A stretch of DNA of 60,746 nucleotides. Source: Oscillospiraceae bacterium (lineage in GTDB: Bacteria > Bacillota > Clostridia > Oscillospirales > CAG-382). Made by a program: the position numbers and the translations under genes. The DNA lies in NCBI GenBank assembly GCA_015065225.1, contig SVQR01000001.1, forward strand, positions 1-60,746, read 5' to 3'. The stretch's first letter is position 1; every line of letters begins with the position of its first letter. Shown here piece after piece: positions 36,143 through 45,513 of this stretch. The notes under the pieces are model-generated. The model saw only the letters and a list, made by a program, of their open reading frames with translations, had not been told where the DNA came from and ran no database searches.

Positions 36143-37153
36143 TCAAATCTCTTTCCCGATCTTTGCGAGTATCTCACGAAGAACAGGCTCATATACATTT
36201 GCCATTCTGTACATACCGAGATCGTTCGGATGGCATCTGTCAACTGTGCATAGATCACGCTCGCTTTCGCCGAAGAATTTCTCACCGTCGATAAACCAAA
36301 CATTCTCGTCACCGCTTGCTACGGCATTGTCATAGGTTGCACGGACTACAGCACGTCTCTCAATATTTCTTGTGTCGGGATAAAAGTCAGGCTTTGATGT
36401 CATGAGGACCGGCGTTGTCGGATGCTTTTCACGGAATCTTTTGAAGAACGGCTCGTGTGTAGCCCTCAGATGCTGGGCATCGGGAGCGTTGTGGTCGTAG
36501 TCATACACAAACACATCCATATCAAAGGTGTTTATGTAGTCTGCCATTTCCAATTCACCTCTTGCTGAACCGGAAAAACCGAGGTTGTAGAAATCAAAGT
36601 CAAGTCTGTCTGAAAGCATTGTTGTATATGCGTTGGTATTTCTCGCACAGCAGCCGCCCTCGGTGATGGATGAGCCGTAATAAACGACAGTGCCGTTCTT
36701 GTAAGGCGTGGGAGCTTCCACGACAGCATCATCTTCCACCGACACTTCAACCATCGCCACGACTTCATTCCTCGGAAGATACAGCATAACATCCTGCATC
36801 TCACCGGAAAGTAAAAATTCCTTTTCCGCTGCTTTTGTGCTGTAATTCGGAGGATTTACAAGTCCGAGGAACTTTGCGTTCTTCCTTTCGCCGACCATAA
36901 CATTGAGAGCCTGACATCCGAAGATAGACATACCAACATCCACGGAAAAAGTCTCAAGTGTCATCTTGACGACAAGCTTCTTTGAGTTTGTACGGAAACC
37001 CACTCTTGCACCGGGAACACGTCTGCCGAGAAATGCGAGTCTCTCAATGCTTTTGCGAAGCTCTGCGGGAACTCTTTCCCATCGGCCTGTTTCATAGTAG
37101 AACGGAACGCCGAATATCTTCAGCGGAGCATCGTTCATGGTGTAAGTTTTCAT
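36143..37153 (-). CDS. SGNH/GDSL-type hydrolase (carbohydrate acetylesterase-like)
   Basis: 336 aa. It has the block I motif VVYYGSSITEGG and the C-terminal catalytic motif DRCHPNDLG (DxxH). Confidence 0.8.
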   Translation of the reverse strand: MKTYTMNDAPLKIFGVPFYYETGRWERVPAELRKSIERLAFLGRRVPGARVGFRTNSKKLVVKMTLETFSVDVGMSIFGCQALNVMVGERKNAKFLGLVNPPNYSTKAAEKEFLLSGEMQDVMLYLPRNEVVAMVEVSVEDDAVVEAPTPYKNGTVVYYGSSITEGGCCARNTNAYTTMLSDRLDFDFYNLGFSGSARGELEMADYINTFDMDVFVYDYDHNAPDAQHLRATHEPFFKRFREKHPTTPVLMTSKPDFYPDTRNIERRAVVRATYDNAVASGDENVWFIDGEKFFGESERDLCTVDRCHPNDLGMYRMANVYEPVLREILAKIGKEI

Positions 37154-37168
37154 ATAGTTTACCCGTTA

Positions 37169-38251
37169 TCAGAGTACAAGCTCTGAAATGTCAATTACAG
37201 CAATATTTTCGGGAGCAGCTTCCTTGAGGAATGTGTAGTCTGCGGGAGAAGCACATACAACAGCGTTCGCACCGCTCTGGATGATGTTAGTCATTCTTTC
37301 CTTTGCAACAAGCTTCATAACATCGTCCATCCACTGAGCCATGATGAAGTTGCCTGCGAACATTGTGTCCTTGCCGGAGAGTATCATCTCAACATATTCG
37401 CCTGCCGCCTTACATACAGCTCTGCCTTCCTCTGTCTCACCGACTTCACGGACAAGAAGAGGATTATCCTGATATGTTACCTTGCCATCTACCTTTGCGA
37501 TCTCTATCTTGCCGTTCTTAAGGAGGTCTGCAAGTACAGCCGTATAAGTCTTAAGCTCGCATTTGAGGTCGATACCCCATTCTTTGTATTCACGAACGAA
37601 CACCTTCATATCCTGAGGATCAAGAACGATAACGGTCTTGTACTTATTGAGAACATCCGCACAAGCTGTCATTGCTTCCTTTGTTTCTTCCATAGCACCG
37701 ACAAGTGTATCAAGAGCAATACCGCTGTCTATCTCATCTGCAAGTATTGTAAAGTCAACGCCGGCCTTCTTGAGCGCGATCATTGCATTCTTTGCAAAGC
37801 AGGGAGCCATATATCTTGCATCCGAGCCAATGTAAAGAAGTGTGTCGGAGTCCTTGTTAAGACCTTCTGCCTCTGCCTTTATGCAGTCACAGTAGTCTGT
37901 CTTGCCATAGATGTTGCCCGTCTCACCGAGCTTATCTATAAGTGCGGTGATATAATCGGGAGTGATACCCTCAAGTGCCGCCTCACGTCTTACTTCCTTT
38001 GTGAATACGATAGGATCCCATCCTGTCGCACATTCCTTTGTACAAGCACCGCAAAGTGCACATTCATATACGTTGTCGATACAGGATGCAAGCTCTGCCG
38101 CACCTCTCTCAACATACTGAAGCGAAAGTGCTCTCGCTCTCGCATTGTTTCTTTCCTGACCTGTCGCATTTCCGATAGGGCAGATATGTCTGCACATCCA
38201 GCAGAAACGGCATGAGTCTATTATTTTTTTGCTCTTGTCTGATATTAACAT
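37169..38251 (-). CDS. (Fe-S)-binding protein, GlcF/LutA-related (2x[4Fe-4S] ferredoxin motifs, Cys-poor C-terminal domains)
   Basis: 360 aa. It has CRFCWMCRHICP and CALCGACTKEC (CxxCxxCxxxC twice) and an AAAGGAA RBS. Confidence 0.8.
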   Translation of the reverse strand: MLISDKSKKIIDSCRFCWMCRHICPIGNATGQERNNARARALSLQYVERGAAELASCIDNVYECALCGACTKECATGWDPIVFTKEVRREAALEGITPDYITALIDKLGETGNIYGKTDYCDCIKAEAEGLNKDSDTLLYIGSDARYMAPCFAKNAMIALKKAGVDFTILADEIDSGIALDTLVGAMEETKEAMTACADVLNKYKTVIVLDPQDMKVFVREYKEWGIDLKCELKTYTAVLADLLKNGKIEIAKVDGKVTYQDNPLLVREVGETEEGRAVCKAAGEYVEMILSGKDTMFAGNFIMAQWMDDVMKLVAKERMTNIIQSGANAVVCASPADYTFLKEAAPENIAVIDISELVL

Positions 38252-38274
38252 AGCTTTATTCCTTTCTGATTAAA

Positions 38275-38326
38275 ATTCGGAATTCGGAATTAAAGGCTGC
38301 GCACAGTCTTCGAATTCGGAATTATG
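38275..38326. repeat. Short direct repeats in the GH31 / Fe-S intergenic region
   Basis: GAATTCGGAATTA occurs at 38282-38294 and 38314-38326 (13/13 identical). Copy 1 is preceded by an additional ATTCGGA unit. Confidence 0.6.
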
Positions 38327-38383
38327 GTTAATTTACTTCGTAAATTTTCATTTTTATTGAATAATCTTCGGGCATTGTGGGAT

Positions 38384-39907
38384 TCACTGAATCCTTTCGT
38401 AATACACGAGTCTCTCGATCGGCACGATCTCATTTACAACCGTACCGCCCTCAAAGATCTCACCCTTATCATTTTTCCACTTGCATCCCTCGGGAAGTCT
38501 TACTGTTCTTTCCGTCATACCTTTCCCAAGTATCGGAGCGGAAAGATATCTGTCACCGAGCATATACATATCGGTACAGGTCTCATATCCTTGTCCGGGG
38601 AATTGATATTCGAGACATCTGACTATCGGCTCGCCTGTAACGGAAGCCTTCTTTGCAAGCTCTGTGCAGTAGTCGCACACCGACTCGTGGAGCTTTACGG
38701 CATCAAGTATGATTTTTACCGTGTCCTTGTCAAAATATCTCCAGAAGCCGTAGGATATCTGCATCATTCCCATAAGGGAGGTTGCCTGTGCCCAACGTAT
38801 GAACAGCTCGCTGTCAAGATTCTTTCCTCTGCCTATGCTGCTTTCACCACCGCCGCCCAGCATATCGGGACAGCAGTATGCATAGCCCGCAAGTCCTTGT
38901 GTTATGGTATGGGGGATAAGCATATTCAAGCCGCAGTTGTCCCAGGAATGTACCTTATCCTGAAGTCTTGCAACGATTGCTCTGCCACCGCAGTTCCATG
39001 CCGCTCTGAACTCATTGAAGGCATACTTTTCACCGATGAGATTGAACAGCTTTGTCTGCTCTCTTGCGGTTGCGTTTCCGTATGTAACGTCTTCATCCTT
39101 ATAGAAGGAATAGTCGCCCGCATCGAGCTTGAAGCCGTCAACACCGTATCTTTCAATGAGGCTGTCAAGCTGATCGCAATACCACTTTTCCGCATCCGGA
39201 TTTGAAAAGTCAAGAACTGCAGAGAAACCGTCCCACCAGTGTCTTATACACGGATCACCGTTTTTCTCGGTTATAAGGTAGCCCTTCTTCCAAAGCTCCA
39301 TGAATCTCTTGTTGGCGGATGCCACGATGGGAGTTACCCAAAGCATTACCTTAAAGCCCATCTTATGAAGCTCGTCCATCATATACTTCGGATCGGGTAT
39401 CTTTCTGGCATTGAATTCGAATGTGCCGAAGTTTTCCTGCCAGCCGTTGTCTATCATAAGAACGCCTGCGGGAAGACCGCTGTCAATGATTGATCTTGCG
39501 TATGCGAGTATCTCATCCTGAGTCTGGTTTACATTTAGCTCTATCCATGTATTGTATTGCGGCTTTTGGAGAAACAACAGATCCGGAGTCTTTCCGCAGA
39601 ACGGAAAATGAGCCTTCATCGCCGCAAGATAAGCACCGCGAAGATCTCCGAAGCCTTCATAAAGCTTTATGCTTTGTGCACCTCTGTCAGAGAAAGTGAT
39701 CTCACCGTTCTTTATCTCATAATCAAACTCCGCATCGGCGTGTATATATCTGCCCTTTGTAGATATTGCTGTAGGTGTGTACTGATCCGTACCGTTGCCC
39801 TTTGTCATAGAACCGCATATTTCGGTATCCTTTGAAAAAGGCATTTTGTGTCCGAGAATAACATTTCCGAACCACCAGTATTCACCGTCGAGAATTTTAA
39901 TCGTCAT
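38384..39907 (-). CDS. Glycoside hydrolase family 31
   Basis: I chose the ATG at 39907 (GGAG RBS); the ORF-track TTG at 39919 overlaps that RBS. Motifs are GVLMIDNGWQ, the nucleophile region GVDGFKLDAGD and the acid/base region CCPDMLGGGG. Confidence 0.8.
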   Translation of the reverse strand: MTIKILDGEYWWFGNVILGHKMPFSKDTEICGSMTKGNGTDQYTPTAISTKGRYIHADAEFDYEIKNGEITFSDRGAQSIKLYEGFGDLRGAYLAAMKAHFPFCGKTPDLLFLQKPQYNTWIELNVNQTQDEILAYARSIIDSGLPAGVLMIDNGWQENFGTFEFNARKIPDPKYMMDELHKMGFKVMLWVTPIVASANKRFMELWKKGYLITEKNGDPCIRHWWDGFSAVLDFSNPDAEKWYCDQLDSLIERYGVDGFKLDAGDYSFYKDEDVTYGNATAREQTKLFNLIGEKYAFNEFRAAWNCGGRAIVARLQDKVHSWDNCGLNMLIPHTITQGLAGYAYCCPDMLGGGGESSIGRGKNLDSELFIRWAQATSLMGMMQISYGFWRYFDKDTVKIILDAVKLHESVCDYCTELAKKASVTGEPIVRCLEYQFPGQGYETCTDMYMLGDRYLSAPILGKGMTERTVRLPEGCKWKNDKGEIFEGGTVVNEIVPIERLVYYERIQ

Positions 39908-39931
39908 ACAAAACTCCAATTCTTAATTATC

Positions 39932-41356
39932 TTAAAGTCCCAGCTTAAAGGGATTCATGATACCGTTGGGGTCAAGTTGCTTCTTGATGCCTGTAAATAC
40001 CTGCATTGCAGGACCGTACTGTTCTTTCATAAGACGTCCGAGCTTGATACCAACGCCGTGGTGGTCGTTTACAACGCCGCCGTTCTCGATTGCTGTTCTT
40101 ACGCCGCAGGTCCAGATAGCATTGTGAAGTCTGAGAGCTTCATGGGGATCAGCGGGAGGATTGTCAACGATAAATCTGTCGTATACCATTGCACCCCATT
40201 CGTACCAATGTGAGAAGTGAGCGATAAATCTTGCCATGGGAAAGTTTGTCTCGATGGCGTTCTTCATTGCCCAGTAGATCTTTTCTATCTTGTCGTAGGG
40301 GGCGATTGTGTCCATTGTGCCGAACATCTGAGGAAGGTCCATCATATGACCGGGATAGAAGAATGTGATCTTTTCTTCCCACCACTTCTTGCCGTACTCG
40401 GAGCCGAGGTCCTCTGCACCGTATTTTGCAAATGTTTCGAGAAGGATCTTTTCTTCAACTTCAACGAGAGCGCTGCAGCCTTCAATGGCGATATTCATAA
40501 ATGCACCGGGCTTTTCAACACCGACTATTTTCTTGATAAGGGAAGCTGTTTCAGCGGGGTCATAAAGTCTCATTACCGAAGGCTTGAACTTCTGGAGAAG
40601 CTCACGGGATGCCTTGAATGCACCTGTCATATCCTTAAAGAGGAAGCCTCTGAATCTTCTTTCTTCCGGCTGATCGTAGATTCTCATCTGTGCCTTTGTC
40701 ATAACGCCGAGAGTACCCTCAGAACCGATGAATATCTGGTTAAGATCGGGACCTGCAGCGTGCTTGGGTGCGGAAGCTGTCTCGATTATGTCACCGTTGG
40801 GAAGTACAACTTCCATCTGGAGTACCATGTCGTCTATCTTACCGTACTTTGTGGAAACAACGCCTATACCTCTGTGTGCGAGGAAGCCGCCGACAGTCGA
40901 GCAGGTAAGCGAAGACGGATAGTGCATTGTAGCATATCCCTTTTCGTTTGCAGCCCATTCGATGTGCTTGTAGATAGCACCGGTTCCGCACTCGATGTAC
41001 ATACTGTCCGTATTTACATCATAAATCTTGTTCATTCTCTTTGTGTCAAGCACGATACCGCCCGCAACCGGGATAGCACCGCCCTGCGTTCCGCCGCCGC
41101 CACCCCAGGTGGTTACGGGAATCTTGTAGTAGTTCGCAATCTTAAGCACAGCGGAAGTTTCCTTTGCATCTTTGGGAGATACAACATAGTCCGCCTCAGG
41201 CATACGAAGTCCTCTGTCACTCCACATTCTGGAAAGCCAGAAGTAGTCAACTCCGTGTGTCATCTTGTCGATCTCTTTCATCGAACAGTTCTCTCTGCCA
41301 ACCGCATCCTCAAGCTCTGTGAGGATCATGTCTGTCATAAATTCATTAAATTGCAT
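39932..41356 (-). CDS. FAD-linked oxidase (PCMH-type; GlcD / D-lactate dehydrogenase / alkyl-DHAP synthase family)
   Basis: 474 aa. The FAD-binding region reads VVSPKDAKETSAVLKIANYYKIPVTTWGGGGGTQGGAIPVAGGIVLDTKRMNKI. The C-terminus ends ..DPNGIMNPFKL. Confidence 0.88.
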   Translation of the reverse strand: MQFNEFMTDMILTELEDAVGRENCSMKEIDKMTHGVDYFWLSRMWSDRGLRMPEADYVVSPKDAKETSAVLKIANYYKIPVTTWGGGGGTQGGAIPVAGGIVLDTKRMNKIYDVNTDSMYIECGTGAIYKHIEWAANEKGYATMHYPSSLTCSTVGGFLAHRGIGVVSTKYGKIDDMVLQMEVVLPNGDIIETASAPKHAAGPDLNQIFIGSEGTLGVMTKAQMRIYDQPEERRFRGFLFKDMTGAFKASRELLQKFKPSVMRLYDPAETASLIKKIVGVEKPGAFMNIAIEGCSALVEVEEKILLETFAKYGAEDLGSEYGKKWWEEKITFFYPGHMMDLPQMFGTMDTIAPYDKIEKIYWAMKNAIETNFPMARFIAHFSHWYEWGAMVYDRFIVDNPPADPHEALRLHNAIWTCGVRTAIENGGVVNDHHGVGIKLGRLMKEQYGPAMQVFTGIKKQLDPNGIMNPFKLGL

Positions 41357-41405
41357 TTTTTGTATCCTTTCTTAAATTATTTGCTGTTTTTTGTCAGGGG
41401 CTGCG

Positions 41406-41563
41406 GACGAATTTGCAAAATTCGTCAAAGTTCAGCTTGCTGAACTTACTCGCCCCCGACACCCCTCGGTCTCTTTCTTGAAAGAAAGAGACGCAAAGAA
41501 CTTTGTATTTTGCTCCACTCAGAAGAATCCTTCGGATTCTTTAAAGTTCGCTCTGCGAACTTT
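41406..41563. repeat. Array of five perfect short palindromes (includes repeat copy C at 41454-41500)
   Basis: The five are 41406-41426 GACGAATTT-gca-AAATTCGTC; 41428-41447 AAGTTCAGC-tt-GCTGAACTT; 41469-41492 GTCTCTTTCTT-ga-AAGAAAGAGAC; 41523-41541 AAGAATCC-ttc-GGATTCTT; and 41543-41563 AAAGTTCGC-tct-GCGAACTTT. Confidence 0.85.
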
Positions 41564-41751
41564 GGCTACGCTCCTTGCGCAGGGGGGATTTTGTTACTTT
41601 AGACTTGCTTGCTATTGATGTGACTCTTTCGGAAACTGCAAATCTGTTGCTGTATTCCGTGCAACGCTCCCGACCCATGGTCGCGTCGCAGGGAAGTTGC
41701 TCCTTGACACAGTGTGATACTATCAAATAAAATTATTTCAAAAGAAAATTT

Positions 41752-42846
41752 TTACTTCGATTTCGAATGTCGAATTTCCTCCTGCCACAGCCACTCTGCG
41801 CTCTTAGGCAACACCTTTTTTGTATTATGAAGCCACGCCTGCCTGTCAAGCCCGGCACCGAAGCGTGTTATGTAAAGATAATTATCCTTAATGGAAAACA
41901 CATCAAACACAGTTTCCGTCTCCTCGCCGAATCTTCGCACAGGAAACGGCTGCATCTGCGGGTCAAGGAACGAGCTGTCGGTCGTTACCGTCACAACACC
42001 GTGAAGGTCGCCGTCACCGTAACGCAGATTGTCTGCGTGGACGTGACCTGCAAGCCACATACAAACATTGCCGTGCTTTTTTATACAGCTCATAATTTCG
42101 TCACCGCGGGGGAAATCATTCTTTTCCCGAAAGCCGTACGGGTAACCGCAGCATCCGAAAATACCCTTGCAGGATATCGGCATATGACAAAGTATAACGC
42201 AAGTTTTATCGGTGGATAACGCCACATTGTCAAGCCATAAAAGCTGTTTTTCGCTGAAATCAACGCCCCAGCCGTGAGTGTAGTTGCCGTTCTCGTCAGG
42301 AGTATACGGATGATCCGCTATATTGAGAATTATAAAACGAAGCCCCGATTTTTCGTGGTCGAAGAAATAATAATTCTCCTTTGTCAGATTGTTTCGCATA
42401 CAAAGCTCGTGCATCTTTTCGGGAGATATTGCAAAATCCTTGATACATCTTCCAATCTCGGCAGAAAATCCGACAGCATCATCGTGATTACCCACACAGC
42501 AGTGAACGGGTACGGGAAGCGAGTACAGATTATCATAGAACTCCGAGATGGCATTGTGTACTCCTTTGGGAGTGGGAGCATAATCATTACCCACATCACC
42601 GCCGCAAAGAGCGAAATCAATCTCACACCTTCCGGCAACATACCTCATTGCCTCTAACGCATTTTCCGCAAGCTCAAAATCTTCGGGGGATCTGTACTTT
42701 GAATTCTGCGACGACTGACGGTTTAGTCCGCTGTGACAATCGGTAATAAAGAGAAAATTTACATCCGCACCGAGAGATCTTATATGTTCTATCTTTCTGT
42801 CATAATTTTTGGTAAGGTAGGAAACATCAATCATAACGTTCACCAA
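41752..42846 (-). CDS. Calcineurin-like metallophosphoesterase
   Basis: 364 aa with a GTG start (AAGGA RBS 8 nt upstream). Motifs are FITDCHSG, GGDVGNDY, GNHDD and GHVHAD. Confidence 0.85.
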   Translation of the reverse strand: MVNVMIDVSYLTKNYDRKIEHIRSLGADVNFLFITDCHSGLNRQSSQNSKYRSPEDFELAENALEAMRYVAGRCEIDFALCGGDVGNDYAPTPKGVHNAISEFYDNLYSLPVPVHCCVGNHDDAVGFSAEIGRCIKDFAISPEKMHELCMRNNLTKENYYFFDHEKSGLRFIILNIADHPYTPDENGNYTHGWGVDFSEKQLLWLDNVALSTDKTCVILCHMPISCKGIFGCCGYPYGFREKNDFPRGDEIMSCIKKHGNVCMWLAGHVHADNLRYGDGDLHGVVTVTTDSSFLDPQMQPFPVRRFGEETETVFDVFSIKDNYLYITRFGAGLDRQAWLHNTKKVLPKSAEWLWQEEIRHSKSK

Positions 42847-42873
42847 ATCAATCCTTAATTATGAATTCTAAAT

Positions 42874-44265
42874 TTAGTCGACTGTGTCGATTTCCAGTCC
42901 GGGAACGAACTTTGCAAACTCCTTAACGGTTTCAAGGTATTCGCCCTCAACCTCAGCCATGTGGTGAATATACGGACCGTCAATCAGCTTGTCCTCCCAT
43001 TTCTTGAGATTATCGAACTTAGCCCAGATATATGTACCGAATGTGTAAGGACCTTTAGCGGAATCGAATTCACCGCAGAGCATCTTGTAGTTTCCGTTTT
43101 CCTGATCGAATCTTGCGATGGTGTAGTGACCATCCTTTACTCTGAACCACTGACGCATATTTACGTTCTTTGCTACGCTGTCTTCGGCTTTAAGAGAATA
43201 AGCGAACGGTCCGCAATGCCAGAGAAGCTCTGTGTTCTTGTCTTCGGGATGTCTGTTTGTGAATTCACCGAAGAAGGGGATCTTCTTGCCAAGTGTTGCA
43301 CATGAGAGCATAGCCATTGTGATAGCACCGTGGAAGTCGGATTCACAGCTGATGATGTAGCCCATATCCGCAAGCACGCTGTAAGCGGTACAGGGCATAG
43401 CACCTACTGCAAGCTGCATAGCTGTCCAGCATTCGGCACTTACCGCATCAACCTTGTATTCCTCGAATACCCACTGATAAAGAAGAACAAAAGCATATAC
43501 CTTCTTGAGAAGGGGAGGAGTAAGATCGTCCATCTCATAACGTGAGAGAAGCAGCTTTGCACCCTCCTCAAGCTCTGCATCTCTTTCCTCAAGTATCTTG
43601 TTGTACTTGTCAACAATAACACCGATGTTTATCGGGATGCATCTGATACCGAACTTTGTAAGTATCTCGCCTTCGTTGAATATTACGGATGTAAAAGGCT
43701 TAGGTCTCATTCCGACCTGAGCTATCTTCATGCCTCTGAAGTTTTCCACCATGCAGGCAACGGAAACAAATCTCTTGAAGCCTTCGGCAAACTCACAGCT
43801 GTCGACCTTTGATGTTTCGATGTGCATAAAGGGGATGTTCATTCTCTGAAGTATTCTTGAAATACCGAATATACCGCACTGGCTGTCGGTGTATCTTGTG
43901 CCGTCTTCAAGGAAGGACTCGTCAAGAGGAGCCCAGATGCAGACGGGCTTGCCGAATTCTCTTGCAAAGATAGCCGCTGCTTCTTCGTTTCCGAAGTTGC
44001 ACGCCATGATAAGAGCACAGGTCGCTCCCTCGGCTTTGAACATCTCGGCAGCTTTAACCGCATCCTCCTCCGTATAAACTATCTGTCTTTCATTGACACC
44101 GAGAGTATCGCAGAAGCTTACATTGTCGGAAGCGAAATGCTCCTTTATGTAATTTGTGATTGCGATGCCTCTTTCCTCAGCTTTTTCCCAGTTGAAGATA
44201 CCGGGTCTGGGAGTTACGTCACGTCTGAGTCCGAAAAGACCTACTTTTACGTTGTAGTTCAGCAT
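42874..44265 (-). CDS. L-fucose/L-arabinose isomerase-family sugar isomerase
   Basis: I chose the ATG at 44265 (MLNYNVKVGLFGL...). The size (463 aa) and the N-terminal Rossmann-like VGLFG..ACNFGNEE pattern fit the FucI/AraA-like family. The family call is moderate. Confidence 0.7.
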   Translation of the reverse strand: MLNYNVKVGLFGLRRDVTPRPGIFNWEKAEERGIAITNYIKEHFASDNVSFCDTLGVNERQIVYTEEDAVKAAEMFKAEGATCALIMACNFGNEEAAAIFAREFGKPVCIWAPLDESFLEDGTRYTDSQCGIFGISRILQRMNIPFMHIETSKVDSCEFAEGFKRFVSVACMVENFRGMKIAQVGMRPKPFTSVIFNEGEILTKFGIRCIPINIGVIVDKYNKILEERDAELEEGAKLLLSRYEMDDLTPPLLKKVYAFVLLYQWVFEEYKVDAVSAECWTAMQLAVGAMPCTAYSVLADMGYIISCESDFHGAITMAMLSCATLGKKIPFFGEFTNRHPEDKNTELLWHCGPFAYSLKAEDSVAKNVNMRQWFRVKDGHYTIARFDQENGNYKMLCGEFDSAKGPYTFGTYIWAKFDNLKKWEDKLIDGPYIHHMAEVEGEYLETVKEFAKFVPGLEIDTVD

Positions 44266-44442
44266 AACTTTTTTCCTTTCTGTGTTTGAATTTATGTAAA
44301 AATCAGTAGTTTTTAGCATAATACTACATTATAAGACTATTATACCACGCCGTGAAAATATTTTCAATAGCAAATTTAAACAAAAGCGAAAATAATTTTT
44401 ATGCAAAATTTCTCCCAAATGAAAATATGATGTCACAATGTA

Positions 44443-44490
44443 CAAAAAAGCAAGCACCGCCCACGCCGAAAAAAGCAAATGAGCGATGCT
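44443..44490 (-). terminator. Rho-independent terminator after the DMT transporter gene
   Basis: The minus-strand RNA reads AGCAUCGC..(22-nt loop)..GCGGUGCU followed by UGCUUUUUUG. It uses the same arm sequences as the terminators at 52.2 and 54.2 kb. Confidence 0.5.
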
Positions 44491-44514
44491 GTGAATAACA
44501 CCGTTGAATTCAAT

Positions 44515-45393
44515 TTATTTAAGCAACAAAACCGCAATGAACGAAAGGCAAAGCCCCGCAACGCATCTTGCCGTAATTCTTTCCTTGAAAAACACCGAGG
44601 ACATAACGGAAGCAAGAATCATTCCTCCCGCTCTTGACAGAGGATAAAGCTGGGCGGGCGGTAAATGCTTTGTCGTGAGGGTCATAAAATATGAATTGAC
44701 AAAGAGGCAGACCGACATAACGAATACGGCAAGGAGTGTCTTTTTTATAAATTCCGCTCTGTTTATTTTCTCACCCTTTGACGGCAGAAGAAGTATCGCT
44801 CCGAGGAAAATTGCCGAAACGAAATATGTTATCAGATTAAATGTAGATATAGGCGAAGCGGAAAAGGATGTGAAAAGCTTCCCCGAAAAGTCATAAAGCC
44901 CGCAGGACACACCGCAAAGCACAAGCATCACAGTCCCGTAGGGTGTAAGCACTCCCACAATTTTATTGCTGTAGGAAGCCATAATCAGCACCGCAATCAC
45001 AAGAATCACAATTCCCGCATATTGTCTTGCCGTGACGGGCTCTCTGAAAACAAGAAAGCTGCACGCAAGAGTTACAATCATACCGAAGGTCTGCGCAACG
45101 CTTATCAGCATAAAAGCCCCGTGACGGATAGCAAGCATCCAGGTGACGGTAAAGGCGGAAAGCATAATTCCCGAAAGAATACCGACAAAAATTGCACCTC
45201 GGTCGGGCATAAGACTCTGCCCCCTTGCCTCAAATAAAAGAACGGCAACGCTTATAACAATGCATATAATCATCCGCATAAAATTCGACAGAACGGATTG
45301 CCGCGGAGTTGTGATAACTCCGCTGATTTTCTTGCCTGCAAAGCCCTTTGCCGAGCCTGCAAGAAGTGCTGTAAAAAGAAAAATATATCCCAT
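44515..45393 (-). CDS. DMT-superfamily (EamA-like) transporter
   Basis: 292 aa with about 10 hydrophobic helices in two similar halves and a GGAGAG RBS. Confidence 0.8.
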   Translation of the reverse strand: MGYIFLFTALLAGSAKGFAGKKISGVITTPRQSVLSNFMRMIICIVISVAVLLFEARGQSLMPDRGAIFVGILSGIMLSAFTVTWMLAIRHGAFMLISVAQTFGMIVTLACSFLVFREPVTARQYAGIVILVIAVLIMASYSNKIVGVLTPYGTVMLVLCGVSCGLYDFSGKLFTSFSASPISTFNLITYFVSAIFLGAILLLPSKGEKINRAEFIKKTLLAVFVMSVCLFVNSYFMTLTTKHLPPAQLYPLSRAGGMILASVMSSVFFKERITARCVAGLCLSFIAVLLLK

Positions 45394-45435
45394 AAATCTC
45401 TCCGTAAATTCTTTCCCAAGGATTTAATTTTTATT

Positions 45436-45464
45436 ATTTTATCACACGGTATTGACTTTTACAA
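45436..45464 (-). promoter_or_regulatory. Candidate sigma-A promoter of the DMT gene
   Basis: On the minus strand: TTGTAA, a 17-nt spacer, then TGaTAAAAT. It overlaps the divergent AraC promoter. Confidence 0.4.
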
Positions 45465-45480
45465 TAAGTTAATCTATAAT
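45452..45480 (+). promoter_or_regulatory. Sigma-A promoter of the AraC-family regulator gene
   Basis: TTGACT, a 17-nt spacer, then TATAAT. Confidence 0.5.
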
Positions 45481-45513
45481 ACGGATATAATATTTTATCA
45501 TGGAGAAAAGGAA

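Noticed and set aside
38384-39907. The idea that GH31 plus the PfkB kinase, class II aldolase, an isomerase and the DMT exporter form a sulfoquinovose (sulfo-EMP-type) pathway.
   Set aside because: The GH31 protein is short (507 aa). The region upstream of its nucleophile reads IDNGWQENFG, with no Arg/Trp pair resembling the sulfonate-binding signature of YihQ-type sulfoquinovosidases. No sulfolactaldehyde reductase or dehydrogenase is evident. The idea is not supported by what I can see.
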